Positions 44,740 through 54,027 of a stretch of 64,000 bases of DNA are shown in pieces. How positions within the stretch are numbered: the stretch's first letter is position 1; each line of letters starts with the position of its first letter. The DNA comes from a virus. Taxonomy: Duplodnaviria; Caudoviricetes. The notes below the pieces were generated by a model. The model was not told the origin of the DNA and ran no database searches. It saw only the letters and a program-made list of their open reading frames with translations. The position numbers were made by a program, and so were the translations under genes. The DNA lies in IMG/VR virus record IMGVR_UViG_3300028591_000081, positions 96,001 to 160,000 of that record. The stretch is one strand, 5' to 3'.

Positions 44740-45012
44740 ATGGCATCACGATTTTACTACACCGGTTTGAACGAGATAGGACTGCTTGATCGCGAGCGGA
44801 GCGAATATCCTAGATTTCAAGTCTTTAAGGACGGAAAGCTCGTGTACCAACTGTACACGAACCGACACTTTGAGGGAATTTACATGCCGTCAAAGTCTGG
44901 GGATATGATCGAAATCTCAAGAGGACTTCGACTCCCACAGACCAGAGAAGGTGTTATCCGCTTCCTTCGTAAACGGGCAAAGACAGAACTGGAAAGTCAG
45001 TCCAAAAAATAA
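44740..45012 (+). CDS. Hypothetical protein
   Basis: GGAGG RBS, 90 aa. Confidence 0.65.
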   Translation: MASRFYYTGLNEIGLLDRERSEYPRFQVFKDGKLVYQLYTNRHFEGIYMPSKSGDMIEISRGLRLPQTREGVIRFLRKRAKTELESQSKK

Positions 45013-45035
45013 CGTCCGTAGAGGCCTCTATTTTG

Positions 45036-45100
45036 CTCTGTACGCGATTTTTTGAGTTGGGCGTATGATTTATCGTCCTGACTAAAAATCGCGTACAGAG
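45036..45100. repeat. Long palindrome with 17-bp perfect arms
   Basis: ctctgtacgcgattttt ... aaaaatcgcgtacagag. Confidence 0.85.
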
Positions 45101-45194
45101 AGGCGATTTTTGACAACTCTACCGATGTTTGTCTTTGCATGGACAACCACCACATACATGGAAAGATGTCACTTAGGCACGCCTGTGTCACGAT

Positions 45195-45296
45195 TTAGAC
45201 GATCTTAGACGAAGTTTAGACATTGGAGAGGAGCGAAACCGCGTCATTCCTCACTCTTACCGAACACAATTTAGACGCGCTTTAGACGAGTTAGAC
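45195..45296 (+). repeat. Six helically phased TTAGAC direct repeats in two groups of three
   Basis: Copies start at 45195, 45205, 45216, 45271, 45282 and 45291. Confidence 0.8.
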
Positions 45297-45299
45297 GAC

Positions 45300-46034
45300 A
45301 TGAATCCACTAAAAATCTGCGCCATCTCAGATACGCATGGGAATCCTTTTGAAGTACCTCCTTGTGATGTGTTTTGTCATTGTGGGGATTGGTCTCCTCT
45401 GGAAATTCAGGACGACTTTTGCCGAATGCAGGACTGGCTGGAAAAGTTCATAATGCATCTCTGTCTGCTTCCTTGTAAGCATGTCGTCCTTATTGCAGGG
45501 AACCACGATCTGTGCATGGAATCCATGATGCTGTGTCACGCCTTCACAGATATGCAGTACCGTCTAGGACTTACCACAACCGTCATAGAGGACGGATACC
45601 CCAAGCATATCGCCAAAGTGCATTATCTGAATCAAGATTCGGTCATACTGGATGGAGTGAAGTTTTGGGGTTCACCTGTCACGCGACAAGTGAATCGGTA
45701 CATCAAGCGGTGGGCCTTTGAGACCAACTCTCCGAGCTATGAAATTCCTGCGGATGCCGACATTCTATTGACTCATCAACCCCCTTCATGCAATGGACTT
45801 GGAAATACTTACTGGAAACAAAGCATCCCTAGTAAGCGGTTTGGTTCCGACGAGCTGAGAGAGGCTGTATGGAGTTCTCATGCCAAATTGCTTCTATGCG
45901 GACATATCCACACAGGCAACCATAAACTGACCACGCTGAACAATGTGGCCAAAACCAAAGCGTGTAACGTGTCCATGCTGGATGAACAATATGAGGTTCG
46001 GTACCCGGTGGCAGAGTTCAATCTGGAAGTTTAA
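45300..46034 (+). CDS. Calcineurin-like metallophosphoesterase
   Basis: SDTHG, HCGD, IAGNHD, LTHQPP, CGHIH. Confidence 0.92.
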   Translation: MNPLKICAISDTHGNPFEVPPCDVFCHCGDWSPLEIQDDFCRMQDWLEKFIMHLCLLPCKHVVLIAGNHDLCMESMMLCHAFTDMQYRLGLTTTVIEDGYPKHIAKVHYLNQDSVILDGVKFWGSPVTRQVNRYIKRWAFETNSPSYEIPADADILLTHQPPSCNGLGNTYWKQSIPSKRFGSDELREAVWSSHAKLLLCGHIHTGNHKLTTLNNVAKTKACNVSMLDEQYEVRYPVAEFNLEV

Positions 46035-46127
46035 GTTTCATCCAAAAATAAATCCCCGCCTAAGTACCATAGAAAATTCAGTGCTCATGCGGGGATTTTA
46101 AGTTGCTGGTAAGTTTCACGTCACGTC

Positions 46128-48851
46128 TTACGCAGTAGGTAGTTTGCCTTTGCTGTACAAATACCCAACCAGATCGCCACATCTACGACAGAACCCCTTC
46201 TGGTTCATGTACCGTTCAGAGTCGCATTTCGGAACGATCTTCCCATGCTCTTCCTTGGTACCACCGAGATAGCATTCATACTGACGTTCCACGCTGATTG
46301 CCTTTCCATTCTGACAGCAGACGTTGATAAGACCTGAAGCACTGTTCCCTGCCCGGGCAATGCGGAAAGCATCGTTCAGGGTTCCTTGAGGCAACTTGGC
46401 TACGGTGCGTTTCCAGAAGTTGTCTACCCACAGACGCGATAACACAGTCTGGAATGGGTACAATCCATTGCTGTCCTGATAATTCAGACTTTCTTCGGCC
46501 CAGTCCTGCCATGGCTTTGAACTTGGTTCCTTTGAAAGAAACACTGCCGACAGCCCCTTATCGAAGATACGTGGCGGGGTTTGCTTTTTGTCCGTGTTCA
46601 CGAATACAGGCTTGGCAAAGTCGCTTCTTCCCGTAATGTGATTGGTGATGGGCACCCATTTCAGGTTGACGCCCGGCGTGTTCTTTCCTGTATAGAGAAG
46701 TTTGAGCATGGCATTCGTCTGATATTTCTTCTGGAATCCCCAAATGGTGTAAATTTCATGCAGGTTTGACGTGTCCCAGTGAGCAATTCCCAGACCACCT
46801 GACTTGTAATCGAAAAATCCTTTTCCATGTCCTGCATTTGGAGCAAACCATGGTGTTCGTTTGTTATGCACAGAACAGAACTTGAGAGGGTCTTTCAGAT
46901 CTGTCGGAACCTCGGTCATTCCCCAGTTTGCTACTGCGATGAGCAGACAGAGAAGACCATAGTTGCCTTCTGCGATGATATGCTTCTGGAAGAGTTCAGA
47001 GTTGAATGAGAAGGAACGTTTTCCTGTTTCCTTCTGGATTTTTACGGCCTCTGCAACAGCACGGTCGAATTTTCCATTGGACATGTTTGCTACGGTCTTA
47101 TCCAGTGTAATAGGGACGGGTACAGAGTCTTTTGAACAGAGATAGGCTTTGAATGAGTTGTCTGCCATAGGAACCTCCTGTGAGAAATCTGGAGAGCCAC
47201 AGTCTTCACTTGGGATTGCATCGGTGGTCAGCTCTGCCGGGAAATTCCCAGCATTGAACTGCTCCACAACCTGTTTCATTATGTTTACCTGAGATTTTAG
47301 GGCACTGCTGTTATACACATCGTTGAGATTGGAACCCCCTTCTTGGATGCTCTGGGCCGCACTTTCTGTGATGGGAGATTCCTTGATAAGATTTACTGTG
47401 GAAGACACCACCCCGCCGCTCCAAGAAACCGAGGCATCCTGAATGAGATACTTTCCCTGCACCACACCGGGAAGTCCGTTAGACGTGTAGCTGTAAATCT
47501 CCGCATACGCTGACACATTGTTTTCCCAGTGGATGTAGTTTCGACAGGACATGGAGATCTTAAATCCCGCCTTGGAGTTGTGCATGGCAATGGTAGCCAG
47601 ACGCATGTAAATCCCGGTGGAGTTCTCATTGGTCATGTACCGTCCGGAAGGCGTAAAAACCATCGTACCATTTGGCGTGTCAGCAATCTTGAATGCACTG
47701 TCTATCATGGCTTCGGAGTTTATGCTCGCCGACAAAGAATCCAGAGGTATGACTACCTTGTTATTCCACAAACCCGTAAGCGGTTTCGGTGCGTTGTAGA
47801 AGAACACTACGCGGTCGAGTGCCAAATCCACCCCTTCTTTGTCGGCGACAGGCTGATTGTCTATCTTTACGGCAGTGAGATACCGACCCTTTTCAGTCAT
47901 GTGGACTTTGGGTTCATAGGTAACTTTCGGGTCTGCATCTTTACTCTTGGCGGAAAAGATCGTGCGAATAATGGCGTCAAATTCCGTTTCCTCAGCACTC
48001 TTTTCTGAGGTACTTACCGAGGATGAGAAGGTCTTGAGTTCGTACACCCCATTTCGGAAGAACAGAGCTTCGCCGGATTTTTTCAGGTCAGCAACAAAGT
48101 CTTTGAGATTCTTGAACTCTTTTAGGTCAGAGGTCGTGAACCGAATATCCGTATGGTACAACTCACTAATGTAGGTAAGGGCTTCGACAGGGTCTTCAAA
48201 CTTCGGCCCGACGACACCCTTGGGCATTTCCGTGATAACATCCCCTGAGAAGGATGTTCCGATGGCTGAGGTGTTTTGAAGTTCTTCGACGGCGTACTTG
48301 ATGTTCTGACTGTTGAGGTTTGCCGCATTTCGAGGGTCGTCCGCTCGGTATGTACCGAAGTCAAACATCAGTTCTGAGAAAACACTTTCGTTATCCCCAA
48401 CGTCGGACTGGTCACACGTAAAAGTGATGGTAGACGGAGTACCGAAACTGTATGACCAAGACTTCACGGATAGGAACCATATACGAGTTCCGCTGTAACA
48501 CTTCATGCCTACGGCGATGGTTCCTAGCTTTCCTTCCCCCTTGGCAACCGTGGTCGGGTGATTGATGCTCATGGAAGCCGCGTTGGCTGAATTGACCAAC
48601 CGTTCGAGGTTGTTTTTCGACATCGTAGACGAAAGGACAGACAGAAGCGTGAACAAGTCCTCATAGTAGTCCGCAACCTGAATCACCCCACTGGCCCCAC
48701 TTCCTACGTTACTCCCAGCCTCGTTAGTACTCAGGTTCTGTGTTATATTGACACTAAGCAAACTCTTGGAAGACGTGAAATCGAACTGGTAGTGCTCAAA
48801 GGCAAAAACTGCTTTGACAAATGTGCTGTTCTTGTAGCTATCAAGGGACAT
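46128..48851 (-). CDS. Probable baseplate hub/tail protein with an extra C-terminal domain
   Basis: 907 aa, directly downstream of the gp53/LysM-like gene; beta-rich N-half (GKYLIQDASVSWSGG..SSTVNL). Confidence 0.55.
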   Translation of the reverse strand: MSLDSYKNSTFVKAVFAFEHYQFDFTSSKSLLSVNITQNLSTNEAGSNVGSGASGVIQVADYYEDLFTLLSVLSSTMSKNNLERLVNSANAASMSINHPTTVAKGEGKLGTIAVGMKCYSGTRIWFLSVKSWSYSFGTPSTITFTCDQSDVGDNESVFSELMFDFGTYRADDPRNAANLNSQNIKYAVEELQNTSAIGTSFSGDVITEMPKGVVGPKFEDPVEALTYISELYHTDIRFTTSDLKEFKNLKDFVADLKKSGEALFFRNGVYELKTFSSSVSTSEKSAEETEFDAIIRTIFSAKSKDADPKVTYEPKVHMTEKGRYLTAVKIDNQPVADKEGVDLALDRVVFFYNAPKPLTGLWNNKVVIPLDSLSASINSEAMIDSAFKIADTPNGTMVFTPSGRYMTNENSTGIYMRLATIAMHNSKAGFKISMSCRNYIHWENNVSAYAEIYSYTSNGLPGVVQGKYLIQDASVSWSGGVVSSTVNLIKESPITESAAQSIQEGGSNLNDVYNSSALKSQVNIMKQVVEQFNAGNFPAELTTDAIPSEDCGSPDFSQEVPMADNSFKAYLCSKDSVPVPITLDKTVANMSNGKFDRAVAEAVKIQKETGKRSFSFNSELFQKHIIAEGNYGLLCLLIAVANWGMTEVPTDLKDPLKFCSVHNKRTPWFAPNAGHGKGFFDYKSGGLGIAHWDTSNLHEIYTIWGFQKKYQTNAMLKLLYTGKNTPGVNLKWVPITNHITGRSDFAKPVFVNTDKKQTPPRIFDKGLSAVFLSKEPSSKPWQDWAEESLNYQDSNGLYPFQTVLSRLWVDNFWKRTVAKLPQGTLNDAFRIARAGNSASGLINVCCQNGKAISVERQYECYLGGTKEEHGKIVPKCDSERYMNQKGFCRRCGDLVGYLYSKGKLPTA

Positions 48852-48892
48852 TGGTACTTCTCAAACGAATCGAGGTCTTATACAGTAAGGAG

Positions 48893-49183
48893 TTAAAGAA
48901 TGCCTTGGATGTCCGGAATACGGATGGTTGTTCCGGCAGGTATATTGTTCGGGTCAAGGAATCCATTGAATCGGCAAAGAAGCCACCAGTAACGAGCGTC
49001 CCCAAACACGCGCTGGGAAATCAGCTCTGGGTTGTTTGCTTCCTTGTAACGGACAAAGGTTTCTGTGTAGGTCAAGTTCAGCACACGATAATCTTCAACG
49101 ATAAACCCATTCTCAGACCCAGAGGCATGAAACCGGGACATCTTGTTGTACAGGCCGTCTGTGGTTCTGGTTGCAGTCGCCAT
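48893..49183 (-). CDS. Baseplate wedge gp53/LysM-like protein
   Basis: PELISQRVFGD..YWWLL..FNG..DP..IPAGT.IRIP. Confidence 0.8.
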   Translation of the reverse strand: MATATRTTDGLYNKMSRFHASGSENGFIVEDYRVLNLTYTETFVRYKEANNPELISQRVFGDARYWWLLCRFNGFLDPNNIPAGTTIRIPDIQGIL

Positions 49184-49201
49184 AAGAAACCTCCACAAGA
49201 A

Positions 49202-52200
49202 CTAAAGTGTTGGGTACTTGTATCCGAGACGTTCCATCGCATAAGCAACCGAAGTCTTTTGACCCTTTTCATCGTAAAACCAGCCAGCGACACGAAGTAG
49301 AACCGAGTTCGTCATAGGGTCAAAACTTTCGATACCGGGGAACATGTCGTCCATGGTAAAGAACATTTCCAGTTCCGTCCCTTCCTTTGTGTGGATAAGA
49401 CGTTTCATACGGAAATTCTCGTCCTTATACCATCCCATCACCTTTGAGTCCTCAGTGAGTCCGGACATGCTTCGAACCCATGCCGAAATCTCTCCCCATG
49501 TGATGGTATGAAGAGAGGACTCGGCGTGCGGTGATATGGACTGAAGTTTGGAATAATCTTTGATGCCTAATTCGTACTCGTTGTGGGTGTCGTACACACT
49601 CCAAGGCATTCCGATTCGCTCAAGCATGTTTAGAACTCGCCACGGATAGTCAATCGTTTCCTGATGAATCTCATCAAACGTCTTCATGCGGTCAGGAAGT
49701 TCCCATTTCAGTTCGTCCCGCATGACCACATAGAGTTTGCGGGCCAGATCTTCTTCGATTTTGTTGATGCGTTCGGTCGGCCCGGATTTGATCTTGTCCA
49801 GCAAGGCATTGGTTCTGTCCACAAGGCTCTGAAGGTATTTTTTACCAAAATTTCGGCGCGTCTGCTTATCCCCGGTCCAGTGGTCTGCATCATAATGCCA
49901 TAGGTCGTAGACCGTGCTTCCGTACAACTCTGACTCATTGACACCCACACTCAACGTAACACAAACATTGAAGTAGTCATCTCTGAACAGTTTGTCGTCT
50001 ACACTCAAGGCACTTCCGGATACTGTTCTGACATTCGATTTACTCATGTCATTCCAAGGTTCATTCTGTAAAGCACCCCCAGTGTATGCCACCTTCCCGT
50101 TGTTACACAGATCGTACAGGGAAGACTTCAAGTACCACTCAAAAGGTATTTTGCACTTCCCGTCTACCCACCCTGTGCTTATACCGCTCCATCCGATTTT
50201 CACAGTTTTTGGGTACTCTGCATCGACATCCAGTGGTTTCTTGGTGCTCCACGTTTTAGAATCCGTATAATCAAGAAAGTCTTTGAGAGCAAAGAATTTA
50301 GATGTAGATTCCGTGCCGTTACCTGAGGAGACTTCCTGAGAGAACCATTTCTTTCCCCAAGGATCTTCCTGTGGATTCTGTGGCCGATCCCCATCCATCT
50401 CGGCCTCGGCCATAATGTATTGACACTTGAACACCATACCATCGGTTGTGACGTACAGCCACCACGCCTCCAAGTCCTGCTTCAGTTCACGAACCTCCGT
50501 GTCATACCCTTCCACATCCGAAATAAGGTTGTTCATTTTAAGTTTGCATAAAGCCACATCTCTGTGCAACTGAATGAAATCTGCGAGTCTCCCTTCAGTG
50601 TTATGAGTGGAGCTGGCGATCTTTGCTACCAAATCATCTTTCGGATCAGTGTAGTCCTCAATGATTTTACTAACGGCATTCGCGGACTCCTTTTGTACGG
50701 TATCGTTCAGATTCTGACCTGACATATTCGACAGCTCAACAGCTTTCTTGGCTAAAGCTCTGGCATACAGCATAATCTGTTGGAACCCTGAGTTTATCAG
50801 TACCGGCTCCCCTTGGTAAATCAGAGGATGTCTTCCCTTGTCATCAATGACCGTACCTTCTGGGAGTGTATATGATACAGACTTGAGGGCACTGGAGAAC
50901 GAAGATATGGCCTTCTCTGTGATGTTGAATCCAGCCCGCATTTCCACAAACTCGGCACACAGGGACTTCAAGACTTCCGGTACTGGATGCTTGTCGCAGT
51001 TGTTCAGGAACTCCATGATGTCTTCCGCAGTAATCCCTGAAGCATCTTTTGCGGTCTTGCCTGTGCCATAATATATGGCCGTGATGACCTTCTGGCCCGC
51101 CCATATCACGGCATCAACAAGGATCGTTTTGATGGCGACCGTTACAGCAGTTCCAGCGACGAAGGATGCCCCACCAACAGCAACTGCCAAAGCCCCTGCG
51201 GCCAACCCTCCTGAAAAAATCGTAGCGGCAGTTAAGACGACAACGACAGCCGCACCAATAAAAAATGTCTTGATGTACCCACCAAGATTTTCCTCACTCC
51301 ACGTCGAGTCATCTTTCAGGTCGATGAAGTTCTCAAGAAGAGGTAGGAGACCTTTGTCAGGATCTCCGGCCAGCATCTGACCAAGCGTCCCGGTTCGGTT
51401 GCAGACCTGTGTGTAGGTATTTTCTCCAAGCATCTTAGAATCGTCGCCCTGCATGATGGTGTCGATGATTTCCCACGCCACCATCGCCAGAGGAATAAAC
51501 CCTCCTGTGTTCTCCTGCCATTTCAGGAAGACTTCTTTTTTCTGATCATCATACCCAACCGCCTCTCTGGCAAGACTGTTATTCTTAAACCAGTCCTTGA
51601 TGTTCAGATCAATCATGTACTTCCTGATATCCTTGAACCACTGACGGATATTCAGGAAATCTCCAAGAGTGAATCTCGATGTGTCCTCAAACAGCCTCTG
51701 CATGGTGTCAAAGTCCAACTGCACAGGCATGTTTTCATAGATTTCCTTCAGTAACGCTTGAGAACTCATTTCTGGTTCTTCTGGCGTCGCGGCTTCAGGA
51801 ATCGAGAACCGCTCGTCGGATTTTACCTGCTTCAGGGGTATCTGTTCGTCAATCAGAAAGTTCAGAGATACGGACATGGAACCATACGAATACTGTTCCT
51901 GTGTGTTGTTCTGAATGGATCCTGTCTCCGGCTGAGGTACCCCGTCGTTCCATGAGGTGTACAGGTCTCCCTTAAAGGAACACGATACGGTTGAAATGTA
52001 CCCTTCAAAGGTCATACCCGGAAGATGGATGCGGCACTTCCTAGGTTCCACGTGCAAGTCCTGATACTGGTAAGGTCTGGACAGGGATTGCAGACGATTT
52101 GCAAGGGAGGCCAGAGGCTCATCAGGGTACTCCTGTTGGTACATGTCAAAGCTGAAGCTCAGAGAACGGGCATTATGCTTGGTGTAGTAAAACCCAATCG

Positions 52201-53539
52201 CGTTCTGTCCTGCTGGAGGAACCGGGTTTGAAATTTCGGCGTTGCTGGCCAGAGTCCCCACCTGATCGATGCGTGACTTGATGATTATTTCTTCCACATC
52301 ACCAAACGAACCCATGTCCACACCGACCGGGGGTATCTCCACGATCTTCATGCCGTACTCATACCACTGAGCGTTTGCTGTTACAGTGACTGGGTCAGAC
52401 GGGTGATGTTCATAATTCGAGGGAACTTGAATCTTGGATTCCTTTTGAAGTTTCCACGACTTTTGAAGAATCTCCGTAAGCTCTTGCTTCAATTCGTTGT
52501 AACGAGACTCAGGAATAATCCAGTCAAGGACTTTATCAACGTTCAGCGTGTTTATGCCTACACGATCATCATGGCACAAGACATCGTCAATCTTTTCCTT
52601 CACGGCTTTGGCATCCGCCGTTTCTTCAGAATTCACGAGGTCGCCGGATTTCACATACGTTCCGTCACCCACATCTAGGAGACGGTTTGGGTCTGCGGTA
52701 TCCGAAGGGGTGTACGGAAAGGTAGATTGAAGAACATTCTTGGTTCCTTGACTGGAGTCCTCGAAGGTTTGTTCCGCGCCCCACGAGGTGTAAAGCTCCG
52801 CATTGGACGTTAGGGTTTCCTGTAATTGTTCATAAGCTGTTCGAGTCTCCGAAAGCTCTTCTGACTTCTCCTCATCCACGGCACCAGACGCATCATATAC
52901 TTCATCCGCAATACACACATACGTGGTTGGGGAAGTTGAGGTCTTCACAGAGATCCCTACGGTTTCGGCACGGTCGCTCACCTTCTCTATACGGTCTGTT
53001 ACTGCATAAGACGAGCTACGTGGCGTGACCTTTCCTGTGGCGTTGGTAACATTACACATTCCGCTCACAAGTTCGCTGGCCAGCACAGAGTCCATTTGTG
53101 CCTCTGCATCCCCAGACGGAGCGTAGTACTCCATCAACTCACGAATCGTGGTGTCGTCGAAATCAGACTTTCTCGACACAGTAGCGTTCTGCTTGAATCC
53201 CGGAGAAAGTTGGGCCAACACTTTCTCGAACAGTCCCGTGAGAACAGGAGTTTCCCCAGTACCGGGATTACCCTCATACCCGTCTCGAATGGCGATTACG
53301 AGATCGGACACAAAGTCACTCACAGACTGTCTCCACTCTTCAAACGAGGACGATGGAAATTCGTAATCCTTGATGAGGTTGTTGTAGATCTCTTTTGTCT
53401 TCGAACGAGCCGTGTAAGAAACGGATGTGTCGAGAATATGGTCAATTCCTGAATCTTTCCCTTCCGCATACACAGACTGGTATAGAGCACTGTTGGTGTC
53501 GATTTTTGAAACCCTGTAATTACTCGATGAATACGCCAT
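49202..53539 (-). CDS. Giant tail protein containing a tube-initiator-like domain and a hydrophobic hairpin
   Basis: RSLSFSFDM...LQSLSRP.Y...PRKCRI...FEGYISTVS.SF; G/A/V-rich TM-like stretch. Confidence 0.6.
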   Translation of the reverse strand: MAYSSSNYRVSKIDTNSALYQSVYAEGKDSGIDHILDTSVSYTARSKTKEIYNNLIKDYEFPSSSFEEWRQSVSDFVSDLVIAIRDGYEGNPGTGETPVLTGLFEKVLAQLSPGFKQNATVSRKSDFDDTTIRELMEYYAPSGDAEAQMDSVLASELVSGMCNVTNATGKVTPRSSSYAVTDRIEKVSDRAETVGISVKTSTSPTTYVCIADEVYDASGAVDEEKSEELSETRTAYEQLQETLTSNAELYTSWGAEQTFEDSSQGTKNVLQSTFPYTPSDTADPNRLLDVGDGTYVKSGDLVNSEETADAKAVKEKIDDVLCHDDRVGINTLNVDKVLDWIIPESRYNELKQELTEILQKSWKLQKESKIQVPSNYEHHPSDPVTVTANAQWYEYGMKIVEIPPVGVDMGSFGDVEEIIIKSRIDQVGTLASNAEISNPVPPAGQNAIGFYYTKHNARSLSFSFDMYQQEYPDEPLASLANRLQSLSRPYQYQDLHVEPRKCRIHLPGMTFEGYISTVSCSFKGDLYTSWNDGVPQPETGSIQNNTQEQYSYGSMSVSLNFLIDEQIPLKQVKSDERFSIPEAATPEEPEMSSQALLKEIYENMPVQLDFDTMQRLFEDTSRFTLGDFLNIRQWFKDIRKYMIDLNIKDWFKNNSLAREAVGYDDQKKEVFLKWQENTGGFIPLAMVAWEIIDTIMQGDDSKMLGENTYTQVCNRTGTLGQMLAGDPDKGLLPLLENFIDLKDDSTWSEENLGGYIKTFFIGAAVVVVLTAATIFSGGLAAGALAVAVGGASFVAGTAVTVAIKTILVDAVIWAGQKVITAIYYGTGKTAKDASGITAEDIMEFLNNCDKHPVPEVLKSLCAEFVEMRAGFNITEKAISSFSSALKSVSYTLPEGTVIDDKGRHPLIYQGEPVLINSGFQQIMLYARALAKKAVELSNMSGQNLNDTVQKESANAVSKIIEDYTDPKDDLVAKIASSTHNTEGRLADFIQLHRDVALCKLKMNNLISDVEGYDTEVRELKQDLEAWWLYVTTDGMVFKCQYIMAEAEMDGDRPQNPQEDPWGKKWFSQEVSSGNGTESTSKFFALKDFLDYTDSKTWSTKKPLDVDAEYPKTVKIGWSGISTGWVDGKCKIPFEWYLKSSLYDLCNNGKVAYTGGALQNEPWNDMSKSNVRTVSGSALSVDDKLFRDDYFNVCVTLSVGVNESELYGSTVYDLWHYDADHWTGDKQTRRNFGKKYLQSLVDRTNALLDKIKSGPTERINKIEEDLARKLYVVMRDELKWELPDRMKTFDEIHQETIDYPWRVLNMLERIGMPWSVYDTHNEYELGIKDYSKLQSISPHAESSLHTITWGEISAWVRSMSGLTEDSKVMGWYKDENFRMKRLIHTKEGTELEMFFTMDDMFPGIESFDPMTNSVLLRVAGWFYDEKGQKTSVAYAMERLGYKYPTL

Positions 53540-53573
53540 GACAAATCCCTGCAAGAATCAGAAAATCCACTTG

Positions 53574-53623
53574 GTTTCGATAGACGGCAAGTCCCCCTGT
53601 AAGACACGGAAGTCTATCGAAAC
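53574..53623. promoter_or_regulatory. 12-bp inverted repeat between divergent baseplate operons
   Basis: gtttcgatagac, 26 nt, gtctatcgaaac. Confidence 0.65.
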
Positions 53624-53652
53624 TCATTGAGTTTTTCTTTGTTGGAGTGCTT

Positions 53653-54012
53653 ATGTTACGTTCATTTTCAGAGAAATACAGCATCAGAAATTTCACCTAT
53701 GATTCCGGATCTGATGCTGTCCGTGAGTATCTGACCTTCATCCTCAACACACCAAAAGGCACACGTGCGTACTACCCAGACTTCGGAAGTAATCTGCATA
53801 AATACCAATATGCACCGCTCAACCAAACCTTGATCAGAGAGGTTCATGCGGAGATTCGCAACTGTGTCAATCAGGTGGAAGGTATCACAGTTCTGACCAC
53901 GGAATACGATGTGAACATAAAGCTCCGGCAGGTAGCCTTCAAGTTCTACCTGATGGTGGACGGAGAACGTATGCAGGTTTCCTTGGGCTACAAAGACGGA
54001 AGTGTTCAATAA
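53653..54012 (+). CDS. Baseplate wedge gp25/GpW-like protein
   Basis: ILNTPKGTRAYYPDFGSNL. Confidence 0.9.
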   Translation: MLRSFSEKYSIRNFTYDSGSDAVREYLTFILNTPKGTRAYYPDFGSNLHKYQYAPLNQTLIREVHAEIRNCVNQVEGITVLTTEYDVNIKLRQVAFKFYLMVDGERMQVSLGYKDGSVQ

Positions 54013-54027
54013 AACTGAGAGGGTACC

